A DNA stretch of 54,149 bases, filler included, from Sphacelaria rigidula (taxonomy: Eukaryota), in assembly GCA_964200075.2 (NCBI GenBank). It is 3 parts of 3 records of this genome, joined end to end, with 100 filler letters (N's around TTAATTAATTAA, not from the genome) between each part and the next. Parts side by side here need not be neighbours in the genome. Positions count along the whole stretch, not along the records: positions 36,169 to 54,149 come from CAXNAA020000948.1; 2 more parts are not named here. One strand, given 5' to 3'. The notes under the pieces are model-generated. The model did not search any database, was not told where the DNA came from, and was given only the letters and a program-made list of their open reading frames with translations. Position numbers and translations under genes: made by a program. Shown here one piece after another: positions 38,412 through 51,167 of this stretch (position 1 is its first letter; every line of letters starts with the position of its first letter).

Positions 38412-39570
38412 TCATATCCATCTGGGATATCAACGCCCATGGGGGAGATCAACGTCCGTCAAGGACATCCATCTGAGATATCAATGTCCATCAGGGATGC
38501 CCATCTGAGACATGGATAGCTATCTGAGAAATTCGTTTTGAATCCCGGATCGATTGGGGATATCAATCTGGGGTGTGGACGCAAATCTGGGATAACCATC
38601 TGGGATGCCCACCAGGGGCATTCGCCTGAGATATTCATCTAGGATATGGGGTGTCCGTCTGAGATGTCGGACACATCTGGGGTATCCCTCTGGAATATCA
38701 ATATTCGTCAGGGATATCCACTTCGGGTATCCACCTAGGATATTTCTCTGGGGTATCCGCCTGGGATATAGATATTCCTCTCAGATGCCCATCCGGGATA
38801 TCCACGTGGGATATGGATATCCATATGTGATGTCGATCCGGGATATTCATCTGGGATGATCACCTTAGATATCCCTCTCGGATATCGGATGTCCGTCTGC
38901 GATATTTATCTGGGATGCCGGATTTATTCCTAGACGCTAGAGCGCCATATTCTTGTCTTCGCCTCCAAATCAACGTTGAACGCCGGTCATTCGGTTGGAA
39001 TATCATACATCTACTTTTTGTAGCAGTGACGGGTCGAATTCACAGAAAAGCTTGAAGTCGATGCGAATTAGTCATCGGGTGTGTCCCACATGAACGCCCA
39101 TATTCAATACTCTTGTCCAAAAAACACGGTAGTATCGTCAATCAATACCCTCCGGGGACGTGGACATCCCGGATGGACATCCCAAATGGATATTCCCCTC
39201 ATTCACCATGTGGATATTCCATCCCCATGCGGATATCGGGAAGGAACATCCCCGATAGATATCTCGAATGAATATCTCGAATGACTATCTCAGATGAGAT
39301 ATCCCATGTTCACGTGGATATCTTGCATGGGCATCCCAGACAGCTATCCCCATATCGCAGACGGCTATCCCACGTCCACATGAATGTCCCAGATCGTTAT
39401 TCCAGATCGATATCCGGATCGATATCCCAGGTCGATATCCCAGATCGATATCCCAGATGAATATCCCAGATAAATACCCCACATAGATATCACAGACGGA
39501 CATCCATACCCCAGGTGGATATCCGCGTCCCAAGTGGATATCCATCTCCCATGTTGGGGATGCCCAATAG
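38412..39570. repeat. Foldback-like element: inverted arrays of a degenerate 13-mer (GGGATATCCATCT)
   Basis: Left array ~38412-38925 (GGATATCCATCTG variants), right array ~39158-39570 in the opposite orientation (CCCAGATGGATAT variants), ~230 bp unique spacer. Confidence 0.75.
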
Positions 39571-40381
39571 TGCATGACCGTGATCCGCATTCACCGCTGG
39601 AGCTGACGCGTGGCGGTTCCCTCGATGATGGCAAAGCGGTTCGTAGTCGATGAACCGCCGCCCCCGTTCACACCAGGCCGTTTCCCCGCCTCCGAATCGT
39701 TTACGCAGCTTACTGTCCACGCACATTCGGGTCTTACCCCGAAAGCGCTCTTGGGTGCCACAAACTTCTATTTTTTCGTCGGCGTGTTGAACGGCGGAAG
39801 AGGCGGAGGATCGGGGGTGCTGGTTTGTCTACATGCATACTACTTGTGAGTTCCCATGGATAGAAATGCTGAGTGTGAGTGGATGGGTGAGCCATTACTT
39901 TCCATGAAAATCGATTGATTTACTGTACCAGTCTGGCGACGTGAAAAGTTCCCGCGAATATGTCTCTTGACACCTTGCAGAAGTGCGATTGCGCTGTTGA
40001 TGCGACCACTGTGATCTTTTCTATAATATAATATATCGCACAACACAATCCCATCAACGCAGATGTACCAAGTGACTTTTCATGGGCATTACCCCCTTGA
40101 AAATAATCGGCTAATGTGCTGGCAGGCTTGGCGTAGGACTAACATGTAGGACACCGTAAAACTAGCTGGATATTTTACCGCTGAAGCCCTCCACAGGTTC
40201 GTTTTGTCAAGAATCAGCACAGTGGCTTGCTGAGACGTACTGAGAACATACTGTGCGCGGACTACAGCAGTTTCGGGCTGAACTGGGGGACTATTGTGTT
40301 TGTTTTGTAGTTGGCGATTTTCAATCTTTTTTTCACGTGCCACCCCTCATCCCAGGGAACTTCATCCCACAGTTTGGGGAT

Positions 40382-41109
40382 CAGGATAAAGTGGAAATTT
40401 TCAAGGACCCGGATTCGGTTGTCCCTCCATAATTTTTTATCCGAAGCGAGGAAAAAACAAATGCATGTAGCGAACGCCCGCGGCCACGCGCAAGAGGGTA
40501 GCTGGGGCAGGGGGAAAAGAGAAGAGAAACTGTTGCACCAAGCCGGGGTTCGAACCCGCGTCCTGGATCTTTCCCCCCGGTTTCTTCTGGCCCTGGCCTA
40601 TATATTTGTTTTTGCTAGCATTTGCTCACAAATTTGTTTCCAGACCCCGCTGCACCCGAAAAACACTTCTAGCCTTCACCTACCAGCCTACAGCTACTTG
40701 CAGAGACGGGCATCACTCGAAATGTATACATTTGGTACATTTGGGACTTCAAAGTACATTTTTTCACAAAATTTGAAAAAGAAGTGGCGATGGCAGGCAC
40801 AAAAAGGTTCGGCCCAAACGGTTTTAGAACCCGTTTTTCTCGGGGATTCCAAAAAACATGAAAAAAAAATCAGTTTTTTTTCAGTTGTCATCTACATCAC
40901 TCTTTTGTAATTTCTCCCTCATTTTGCAAAATACGGTTTGCGACGTAACTCGTGCCCATCTTCTTTGCTGACGAAAAAACTGTGCTTATTCGAAAGCTCT
41001 CATTCACGGCTTTCATTTGATCTACGGAGGGTACTTGGCCCGACTGTCACGGCGAGATAATTATCAAATTACACCCATTCGGGTCCTTGGAAAATTCCAC
41101 TTTATACTA
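40382..41109. mobile_element. Non-autonomous TIR DNA transposon
   Basis: Left CAGGATAAAGTGGAAATTTTCAAGGACCCG versus right CGGGTCCTTGGAAAATTCCACTTTATACTA (inverted, few mismatches); no coding capacity. Confidence 0.65.
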
Positions 41110-41507
41110 GGCATCCGCTCCACATTCTGAAACAAAAATTGTGTCTGCATTCAATATTGAACGGCTTACGGGCTGACCGGTCGTCGAGGGTCCTGCGACT
41201 ACCCAGCTCCAGGTTCTGAACCTCGGATATTTTTGCTCGATGCAATAATCTCTATTGTTTTTATGAACAAATGAAATTATGTGTGTGCCTTATATTTTAC
41301 CTATTCATGGCGCTAGAGCTGAAAAATTTGCTTTTTTGGGACCAGTAATCGCCGATAATACACCCTCATACTCGAAGTCCTTACGCTGTATCACTCTGAC
41401 TGACAAGACCATCTTGAGGATTGTGGTCTGGGCACGACCTGCTTGTTTTCCGGAAATATATCTACGCTAGGGCTTTCGAGTGCCAGGAAAGAGTACTATC
41501 CGAGAAT

Positions 41508-41864
41508 GTGTGTGTTGTCGTCTCATCTATTCTGGACGCCGGTATACACCTTTCGGTATATATGGGCGCATCAGCCGGGGTCACACACGAGGAAGGTCAA
41601 CACAGGAGTTTTTTCTTTCTTGTTTCTTTTTAGTCCTCCACCTTCCTTCTGCGGTGCTTGCCTGTATTTTTGTATCGCGAGAGGGGTTCAGCACTCCCTT
41701 TCCCTCGTCGACCGTGAAGTCAAATTCTGTGTGCCCACGACAGAGTCGCTCGCCACTGTTGGGCATGGTGTGAGAAAGAATCCCAGATTACTCCGTGATT
41801 TGAACCCACGACCCAACCGTCAGAGGGTTTCGAGGTTGCCAACTAAGCCACCGGAGCGACCGGC
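41508..41864 (-). mobile_element. tRNA-derived SINE, family B, full length
   Basis: - strand head GCCGGTCGCTCCGGTGGCTTAGTTGG (A box) and GGTTCAAATC (B box), (AC)n-like tail; flanked by a 14 bp imperfect TSD TACTATCCGAGAAT / TTCTATCCAAGAAT. Confidence 0.85.
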
Positions 41865-42659
41865 TTCTATCCAAGAATATTCCGAAAAATACCCCACTAC
41901 GAAATTGCCCAACCGAGCTCTGTATGGCACGGAGGGGAGTGAACCAATCCCGATCGCTGTCGTGAAAACAGTCACAGACCCTTCCTTTACTTCAACCTAT
42001 CCATTGCGCTAGAGCCAAAAAGGAATGTATTTTGGACCAAAACCGTCGATAACACCCCTTGTCAATGCAGTCTGTAACCCGTTCAATATCGAGCGAAGAG
42101 ACTATTTTTGTTGCGGAATGTGGGGCGGATGCCTCGTATGTCTCGATTCCCAAAACTTCGGGGTCGAACGTTCACTGCGATGAGCGGTGGCGCGCGGAAA
42201 AACTATTGAAGATCACCGACTACGAAAACATTACAAAAGTCCCCGGGTTCAGCTCGAAACTATTGTCGTACAGACGTTTTAGGTGTCTTGCGCGCGAGGA
42301 CGCGCACGGTACACTAAGACCCATACCCACAGGTGAGTATTTGTATTTCGGGGAATGAATCAGAAAGAGGTACAACACGAGCTATGCGGTTATCGGGGTG
42401 CACTGTACTATGGTGTCCTCATCAGGCAATTTGAACGGTCTAAAGTGCGATCTTGCACATGAATACGGCAGAACACAGATGTAGAGATTTATCTACAGCA
42501 AACTCCCTACGCACACGTTTGAGGCCCAAGTGAATATCGCTGAGCTTTCTAGCTGGTGGTGAACCGCATACCTCAGAAATCGAGCGGACGATTTTCGTAG
42601 GGTCTAGGAACAAAAACGATCGTTCACCGAGCCAGATTTACATTGTGCACGCGACATAC

Positions 42660-43492
42660 AGTGTCTCTCTGGTTTGCCGGGAGGCAGAGCCTCGACATTC
42701 AAACTGGTTCATTTCCTGTAGGTCGGACGGAGTTTGTTGTGGTACTGGTCTCGGCAGAATGGGCTTCGTCCCGGTTCCCATCGTCCGATACGCGTGAGAA
42801 CGATGGTTATGGAATAAATCGACATGACACGGCGTGCTGTGGAAGTGCTGGTCCAACGTTCGACAGTAATGTTCAGGGCAGCAGCAGCCGGGAGAGAAAA
42901 ATAGGTTAAATCCCTTGAGAATGCAAACGCGTCCCGAGAAAGTGAGGAGGTAAAAGTGCGACGAAAACAAAGCAGCCACCCCCTCCGCCGGTATCTAACC
43001 TGTTGCCGAGAGCCTCGTGTGCCCCTTTCGCCCCTTTCTCGTCCAGGCGTGCCGCCGTCGCTACCGCCATCCTCGCTAGCTTCCCTTCGACCTGTGCTAC
43101 TGCCGCAACCGCGCTGCCTTGCGTGAGTCGTTTAACGGTGGGGCAAGCTTGTTCAGGGATCAACAATTTTCGATCTCTGGATACTGTACTGACTGCTGAT
43201 GGAAACATTCGCGTGAAAAGGGAAGAATTAGCTACAGGATTTTCTCGTGGAATCGAAGAGCACGATGAGTACTTTCTGGGGAGTTGCGCGCCCGGGAGCG
43301 ATTTTCTACTGTGTGCAGCATTCAGACCGTTGGTTCCGTCGTTATGCATGGCGGTACAACGGCTTAGACGGGGAGTGAGGTAGACATGAAATTACGGCAT
43401 TAGTCAGTGCTGCGACGGGATATCATCTGCGGCGGTGAGGTGTGTTTCGAAGGAGGATAGCGCCGCCGATGCCGACATGCAATGTGTGTATG

Positions 43493-43525
<33 letters not shown>

Positions 43526-43716
43526 GTATCCCTTCCCCTCTCTCGATCTATTGTTCAAGGACTCACCTGGTGCCGGTTACAAAATTCGTCAACGGAGCCA
43601 CACTGTTTCAGGCATGCGTCACCAGGAGCGTCGGAAGCGAGGCACAGCCACGCTTGCTGCAGCACTATCCTGTCCAGATGACATACTTCTGACCCTTGAG
43701 TGCCTTCTGGATCATC
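42660..43716 (-). CDS. Putative spliced gene of unknown function, exons 43567-43716, 43000-43091, 42660-42836 (possibly upstream part of the 37086-37991 gene)
   Basis: Phase-compatible open exons with donors GTGAGT, GTTAGA, GTATGT and CAG acceptors (DDPEGTQGSEVCHLDRIVLQQAWLCL...HQ|VEGKLARMAVATAARLDEK..|STPCHVDLF..). Confidence 0.4.
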
Positions 43717-44181
43717 CTGCGTGATTTCAAAGTGAACCGGAAATCGAAAAACATGACGTCAGCGCCTAGCTCGCCCCGTAGCTTGCAAGCTAACTCTTTC
43801 ACGAATTCGAGAATGACTGACACCATCGCATATGTCCACCTGCTGTTAGAGGTACTGTGCAGACGCTGGCGATCCCACTATGGCTGGTAGTCGTAGGGAA
43901 GCGGGGGAGGAGGTGATGAAGGACTCGAGCACTAGGCAAAGTGACACGCGCAGCAAATCATGTGCATAGGAGACGACGTGATGACGAACGTTTCGCGTTT
44001 GCTCAATCTTCCAACGATAACGACGTTGTATGCGCGAAAAACAAGTTATGTTATATTGCGGAGTTTTTCCGACAAAAAAAATCCCGCTTTGCCTTTACTA
44101 AGGTAAACGGAAAATACTCTGCGATATAGTTTTCGACATCATTGCGACACGTTGCACTGAACGAAGGACGTGGAATAAGCA

Positions 44182-44534
44182 TTTTTGTTTTTCATCGCAC
44201 TTTGAATTCCTCCCCTTCTTCGGGATGAGCCCGTGGTCTCAAGGGGTCAACCCATCTCTCCCCCGGTACGCGCCTTATATTTTGGTCTTGCGGGTTCGGT
44301 CAGCACTCCCGCACCGCGTCAACTCTCCTCAGAGACGGCATGATAACAGACTAATATACGTCCTCATGACACTCAAACAAACTCAGTCGACTACTTTGTT
44401 TGCTCACGTTCTCACGCTTTCCATGGTGGAAATCAGACATTACGAAGAAAAACCCAACGCATCGGGAATCGAACCTTCGTTCTCTCCACCCTAATGGCGA
44501 CAGTCGGACCATTTCATCACCGGGGCGCGGCGGC
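44182..44534 (-). mobile_element. tRNA-derived SINE, family A
   Basis: A/B boxes (GGTTCGATTCCC) and A-rich tail; contains a ~45 bp insertion absent from the other two copies. Confidence 0.82.
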
Positions 44535-45062
44535 ATACGTATATACGACAATATTATAGTAGATTGCAACTGTGGTGGTGCGCCAGGGTAAAGTGTGGTG
44601 GGCAGCTAAATCGGTTGTTCTGAATTCAATAGGCATTCACTCACTGGAGTGATCTTTCCTTTTCATGTTCACACCACGACAGGGTGCAGGATCAATCTAC
44701 CTTCATACACGCGCAACGCCGTCTGGTAAAGCAACAGATCATTAGTCGTGCTCATCGACAAGTAATCTTCCTGGAAATGCGTCACCCCTCCCCTTCCAAC
44801 ACGCCGGGTGGGGGTCGCTGAATAGTGTGGTAACACTACGACATGGGATGTTGACTGCTTTATACCCAGGACCCCTCACTCCACTGCGGATGTTTCTCGA
44901 ATCCAGAACACATGAGTTACGTCACTTCGAGGAATTGTGAAGCTCCTGTATTACTTGGTCTACAAAATGGGGATGCGCAGTCGCGTACTCGACACACACG
45001 GAGGTATCCAAACTTGACACGATATATGCCAATGCTGCTCTTGTTCGTGTGTCTTCACCTGT

Positions 45063-45516
45063 TGTGAAGAAGCTGGGGAGGCCGTCGTTTTAATATACCT
45101 TTGACTTATCTATCCGTACGTAGCACGAGCTACTGGGATCAAGTATCAGCTTCAAGTATCAACTTCGCTTGTGCCCGGTATGGCATAGACTTCACTTGTA
45201 GGTAGATACTTCTTGGCCAAGAAGGGAATTCCGTTCTCATTTTATTAGCATGGCTCGTTGCTCTCCCTTGTACTCGCTTCGTGGAAGAATCCAGCCGATG
45301 GAGTCAGTGAGGGGGGTTATGCCAAATCCTTTGTACAAGACACCCCGAAGCGTTACCATCTAGGGGATAGGTGATACACACCCTATCTTCCGCTGGTCAG
45401 TAAATCATAGCTAGCAATTACTCTGCCATTCAGACCGGAGACCTTATGGTTTCAGCCAACTACCAGTCTACGGTCCTGAGAAGGAAATGCGGTACACGCC
45501 TTTCGACCTCATGACA
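45063..45516 (-). repeat. Gypsy 3' LTR
   Basis: Aligns with 51168-51631; begins TGTCATGAGG on - strand right after the PPT. Confidence 0.85.
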
Positions 45517-48509
45517 CCAGCCCACCCAGACGAGCCTCTACTACCGTCGTGATGAGTATTTCAAGATGCACCGAAAAATAGAGCTTATATTTACACAAAA
45601 CGTCTTGGGTGGCTAGAGAGAATACGCGAAATAGATTGGTAGGGCGACCCGACCTTCCAATATCTCAACCAGAGAAGTACACAATGCTTCAAAAAGATTC
45701 GTACTGCTTCAAAACGGAGAATCGCGAACTGCTTCTGCACGCTAGCGAAACCTCGGACAAAGAAGCACAAACTGCTTTTAGCAGAACGAAGGACCAAAAT
45801 GGGAAGAGTACAACAACGAGAAACGCCTCCACCTGGGGCACACCAAACGGGTTTTGGCAAAAGGCCAAATGCATGCAAAAAAAGGCACCGTGGGTACCAA
45901 TTCGTAGCCGTCGGCGACAAAGGGCAGGTCTTCGTCGCAATAGAGCTCACCGGCCGCTGCGCCACGGCACATGCTGCGACACTTCTTGCTGTGTGCAAGT
46001 TTTTTCTGTTGAGATTGCATGCGGTACAAGAGGATTGCACGGCGATGAAGCTGGAGGTCGAATTCGCGTTTCCTAGACAATATTGTCTCCACGACCACAG
46101 GTGTTCTCGTGGTTGGAGATGTTGGACACGGCCAATCGGAGGACTTGATCAATCACGTGCTCGATGCTTACGAGATAGGGTGGTGACTCGGTCGAGCAGC
46201 TGTTGAGCACGTTTTGCGTGAGGCCAGCAGGAAGATAATTTGATGTGCCATTACAGTAGTGTTATGCGGGCCGATGCAGGGTTTGAATCGGTGCACGTAG
46301 ACTGGACATTCAGCGTATTTTCCCCTGAAGGTCGCGAGGGAGGTCGAGATAAAGAAGATTGTCGCCGATGACCTCTTCATCAGTTGATGATGGTGAGGGT
46401 CCGGCCGCCAGGATCTTGAAAGGTCCTGTCCAATTGGGGGACAATCTTGCCTTCCAGAATGTGCCGTTGTCAGCTTTGCTAGTGCCTTGGCCTTGACGGA
46501 TAGTCGACAAACTGCCGTAGACCCCAACCCAGTTACCAATCTTCCACGTCGGGCGTTTGTGCGTTAGGTTGTAGGTAAAAGTATTAGATCTCCCAAGGCG
46601 CTAGCGTTAATAGCGTGTTGCTCGCGCACGAGGGTAAAGGCTCTGTGCTGTCTCGAATGCGCTAGTTTAAGATAAGATATCTGATCCTGCTCTGGACCTT
46701 GGTGGGCATCAAACGTGTATCGTTCAAGCACCGTGACGGGCAGCCGATAGAAACTTCCAAGGCGGAGCTCATTCGGAGAAAGGCCGGCGGCGGCGTTAAC
46801 CGAAGTGTTGTAAGACAACATGATGTGCGAAAGATGGAGATCCCAGTCATTGTGGCGACCAGTGAAGGCCATTGGGAGAATCTGAGCGTTGGTGTGATCA
46901 ACCATCTCGGTGCCACCGTTACCTTTGGAGTGGTCGGCGCTCGTGGCAATCTTGGGGATGACGGGAGCATGTACAATTCGTCGGAAAGATCCGAGTGAAA
47001 TTGCTAACCACTGCCGGAGAGGAGTTGTTTCGACCGATCATGGCGCTTCATGTTCTCGAGAACGAAAATGTCGGCGGTGCCTGCGGCCGTAAAATCCCCA
47101 GAGGTTACTGGGTACTCGGATGCGTGGCGACTGAAGCGGCCATTGAAGAGAAAAATGTAAGTGTTACCGCGATCCGTGGTCGGTGAAGGGCCAAAGTAGT
47201 CAAAAGAGACGAGGGTGCAAGGGACATCGGGGAGTCCCTTTGAAATGACGAGCCAGCGTACTGTTTGCCGTGAAGTTTTCCGAGCCTGGCACTTGATTCA
47301 TCGTAGAAATCCAAAAGTGTGTGGAGACTTCCATGCCAGCCCACCAGCAAAAGCGCTTACGTAGCGCTAAGGTGCGCGTGATACCAAGGTGGCCTGACAG
47401 GTCAGTGTGATAACCGTTAGTGACCCAAGGGACGCATTAATAATGCAACATAGATGGGCGTTGGTTTTGTCATCGACTTGCCGCGCGTGGAGTTCAGCAA
47501 TAGCATCCGAAATTGCCCCTGGCAAGGGCGTGGTGTGGCGAAAAAGCAAGTGAACGCCCTCACCTGCGGTAAAAATGATGTCATTGAGCATGAGCTTGTA
47601 TACCGCAGAGATGTTTCGTGGTCGCAGTGTGCCAACCGGGACCAGGAGGTCAGATGGAAAAGGAACTGGGCAACCAATCTGTATAGATTTAATGGCTGCG
47701 CGGCATAATAGGTCCCGCTTATTGGTCACGAGCCCAATCGTGGTGAAAGTACTGGCGAGAAACTAGTGTAGTTGACCTTCCGCCGGGGAGCCGACCAAAC
47801 ACGGTGGAGCAAGCAGCGGTGGGAAAGGTGATGGGGCAGAGATGCCAACGTCAATATCCGCATCGGGATCGGGGTTTGGATCGTCCGATTCATGCTGAGG
47901 AGAGGGTGGTATTGGTAGCGCTGTAGGAGGCGGCGTTGCGTCAGTGGCGCGCGGCAAAGATCGTGTTTGACGCGTGTTTCGCATATTGCGCATTGGAGCT
48001 GTTGTCATGAGACGCTGCGCATGGTTTTGTGGGACCGGCGCTGTGCGACTCACGGCATTACCTGAGGTCGTCGACGGCGGCGGGGCACGCGGGGGATTGG
48101 TGCGGGCAGCAGCTCGAGAGCGCGTATTGTCGGAAACTCGGTGAATAACCGACGGTGGTAGCGTGAAACAATTAGCGTGAGGGTCAAAAGTGCGAAAATT
48201 GACAAAAAAAATCGACGTTTGTAGGCTTTACACCACTCAAGACGGCATGATACGCTGTAGAGCGAGGGCTTTCCATGTTCGTATACCCCCGTTTATAGGT
48301 ACTGAAGATCAAGGGCGTGACGAGTGTATTGTAGAAAAACGCTGAATAGGGTAAGCGGCTTGTCCATCGCGTCCAGTGGGTCGGCAGGCTAGACTGGAAT
48401 CCGCCGCCGTTGCGGGCATGGGGCTTCGAGAGGGAGGATCGGCATTCCGGTTGGTTTTGCATGGACGATGCTTCATGGTACACTGGTAAGCTATCAGGAG
48501 TTTGAGTCA

Positions 48510-48950
48510 GCGTTGAAGGTAATCTCCTCGAAAATGAGGTTGAAGATTCAAATGAGGTTCAACTCCAAACAGTGATTTCCCTGACCTAAAGTCATGACAA
48601 ATGACTTTCACGTGGACGACCTCATGCCCTCCGATCTTCCTGAGACTATTTTGGGATGTTTGTCGTCTTCCGTTACCCCCCCGAAGGGTATGTGCGGCAG
48701 CACCATCTTGCCTCGATTTTGGGGTGAAACGAAAGCACGCTTTTTAGCCCGAAAATGGTGATTTTGCACACACCCTTTGGGGGAACGGAAGACGAGGAAA
48801 CCCCGGAAATACTTCCAGGAGGATCAGGGGGCATGAGGACATCCATGCGAAACATTTGTCATGGCTCAAGGTCAGGGAAAGCACCGTTTTGGAGTTGAAC
48901 CGCATTCTAATGTTCATTCTCGTTTTCAAAAGTAATAACCTGTATTCGCT
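48510..48950. mobile_element. MITE-like long hairpin nested in Gypsy pol
   Basis: GGTTCAACTCCAAA..TTTCCCTGACCT..CATGACAAATG..CCTCATGCCC..TCGTCTTCCGTT pairs with its reverse complement across a centre near 48730. Confidence 0.75.
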
Positions 48951-48957
48951 GTATATT

Positions 48958-49266
48958 GCCGCCGCGCCCCGGTGGTGTAATGGTCCGACTGTCACCATTA
49001 GGGTGGAGAGAAATGGGGTACGATTCCGACGCGTTGTGTTTTTTCTTCGTAATGTATGATTCCCACCGTGGAAAGCGTGCGAACGTCAGTGAACAAAGTA
49101 GTCGACTGAGTTTGGGTGACGTGAGTTGACGCGGTGCGGGAGTGCTGCCCCAATCCGCGAGACCAAAATGAAAGGCACGTACCGGGGGAGAGATGGGTTG
49201 ATCCCTTCAGACCACGGACTCATCCCGACAAAGGGGAGAGGTTCAACGTGTGAGGGAGAAAAAAAA
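48958..49266 (+). mobile_element. tRNA-derived SINE, family A, nested in the Gypsy RNase H region
   Basis: GCCGCGCCCCGGTGGTGTAATGG head, A-tail, colinear with the other copies. Confidence 0.82.
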
Positions 49267-51167
49267 CGCGGACCAGGCTCGCCACCCTTGGCGAGTTCGA
49301 GTGCCCCGTGCGTGGTCCGCGTAGATTATGGGAGGGCATGTCGAACAGATCTTGTCGAAGGCGCCTAATGGCCCAGGTGCTTACTCCGCCTTCCAACTCT
49401 AGTGGACTTCAATTGGACTCGTTGGGCAGGGAAGCGCGGCTGACATGAAGTATGGGTCGAACGGAGCCATCTAGTTGACGTTGATTTAGTGTCGCACCAA
49501 ATCTACCTATGCTGGCGTCCGTGTGAAGTTGGAAGGGGCGAGAGGTGTCTCGTACTACATCCCAACCTCGACAACATAGTACCAGGTCTTCGGTAAGCGT
49601 TTCAATATTCCGCGAACGATAGCTTCCGTGTCGGTGGTGAATAGAACACGGCACCTTTGTGAGTAACTCAGCAAGAGGGCGGATCTTTTTGAACAACCTG
49701 TTAAAATTATGCGATAGTAGGAGAGTTCGCCAAACATTGAGCGAAGTGGACAAATGTTGGTGGGCATCGGTAACTCGGTCATTGCCCGGGCTTTGGTGTC
49801 CGGGTGCAGGCCTGCTGACGAAGTGGAAGGTCCCAGAGAGTCCAAGTCAGTCACACCGAGGCGGGTTTTGGATGGGGACAGTTTCAGATCGTGCGTTCGT
49901 AGGCGAGAAAGAATTCTCGTAGAGTGCATTCATGCGGAATTGGTGAGACATGGAAAACGATAGCGCCATTCATGTACATTATGATGTGTGCTAGAGGCCC
50001 GACGCGTTGTATGCATCAAGCGTTGAAAGAATCCTGGCGCAGTGCGACACCTTGTAGCATACGAAGCCATTCGTAGAGTCCAGACCAGGCACAAAATGTC
50101 GTGAGTGGGACTGTGTCAGGGTGAATAGCGTTCTGGAAAAATCCAGAAGCAAGGTCGAAGGTACTAAGTATTTTTTCCTTCGCCTCAGGCGTCGAAGACT
50201 TCATCGTTGCGGGGGTTCGGATTTTCAACGACGACAGCGACGCGATTCAACCGCTTCACGGTGATGCGTATGCTATCATCCTTTTTGGGGAGGACCACCA
50301 GTGTCAAAACCCAAGGAAAGGAAGAATCTTGTATTAAACCTGCCCCCCAGATATGCATTTGAGGTGACGTTTACATTTTTTGGTGAGAAGTGGGTTTGTC
50401 CGGTACGGCCGGGAAGAGATTGGCGAAGCGCCAGCTCAAGGCGTCTTCCCGAAGGGCAGCGTTATGCGATGCCCAAGATCCGTCTTGTACCGAGGAAATC
50501 GGTCTTGCTAAGGCAGCAGAACATTACTTAATTATTGCATGACAGCTGGTTCCGGACAGCGTTCATAAAGGTCAAAAGTAATGTCGTGCAGTGTGACAAT
50601 TGGTTCCATGCGTGCAAGAAACTATTACGAGATTATCACGGAAGGCGTTAAAGCACTTCAGCAAGAGCATCTGAATTTGACGGCGCGAGGTCCACAGTGT
50701 AAACATGAGGCAAAGTTGTAGAGTACAGGTGAAAAAAAGCTCGTTGACACAGCATACAGAAAAATCTGTCGAAGGGGCGGTGCTGGGCGCCGAAGGATCA
50801 GTTACGTACGTCTCGAGCGGGGTGTGCATTTGGAGCACAGCGGCGATTCCCGAAATATCACCGGGTTCCGAGCTAGCGTGGATCATGAGGGTAGGAGTTG
50901 TTTTCCCGCTGAGACAAAGTGCCCCGTGTCGGCAGATGCACCAATACGGGGTAGCATTTCAACAAGGTGATGTCCCGTAAGTGCGGGCGTGCCAACTCGG
51001 CGAACTAGTGCGATTTTTAGAAGCTTCTGATCATCGGAGAGTGCAAAACTACTATTACCGTTATATCGCAGGTGGCCAACAGCTCCGGTTGCTTGATTGT
51101 TTTAGTAGGCCAGGGGGGCGTGGAGTGTACCAGAGTTTTCAAGGTTGAAGCATCCACGAGGCGCCAG

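Noticed and set aside
38412-39570. CRISPR-like or restriction-site (GATATC) array
   Set aside because: Units are contiguous and degenerate with no unique spacers, there are no cas genes, and the context is eukaryotic
42059-42358. + strand exon ending in GTGAGT
   Set aside because: No compatible neighbouring exons or recognisable domain; conflicts with the - strand gene model
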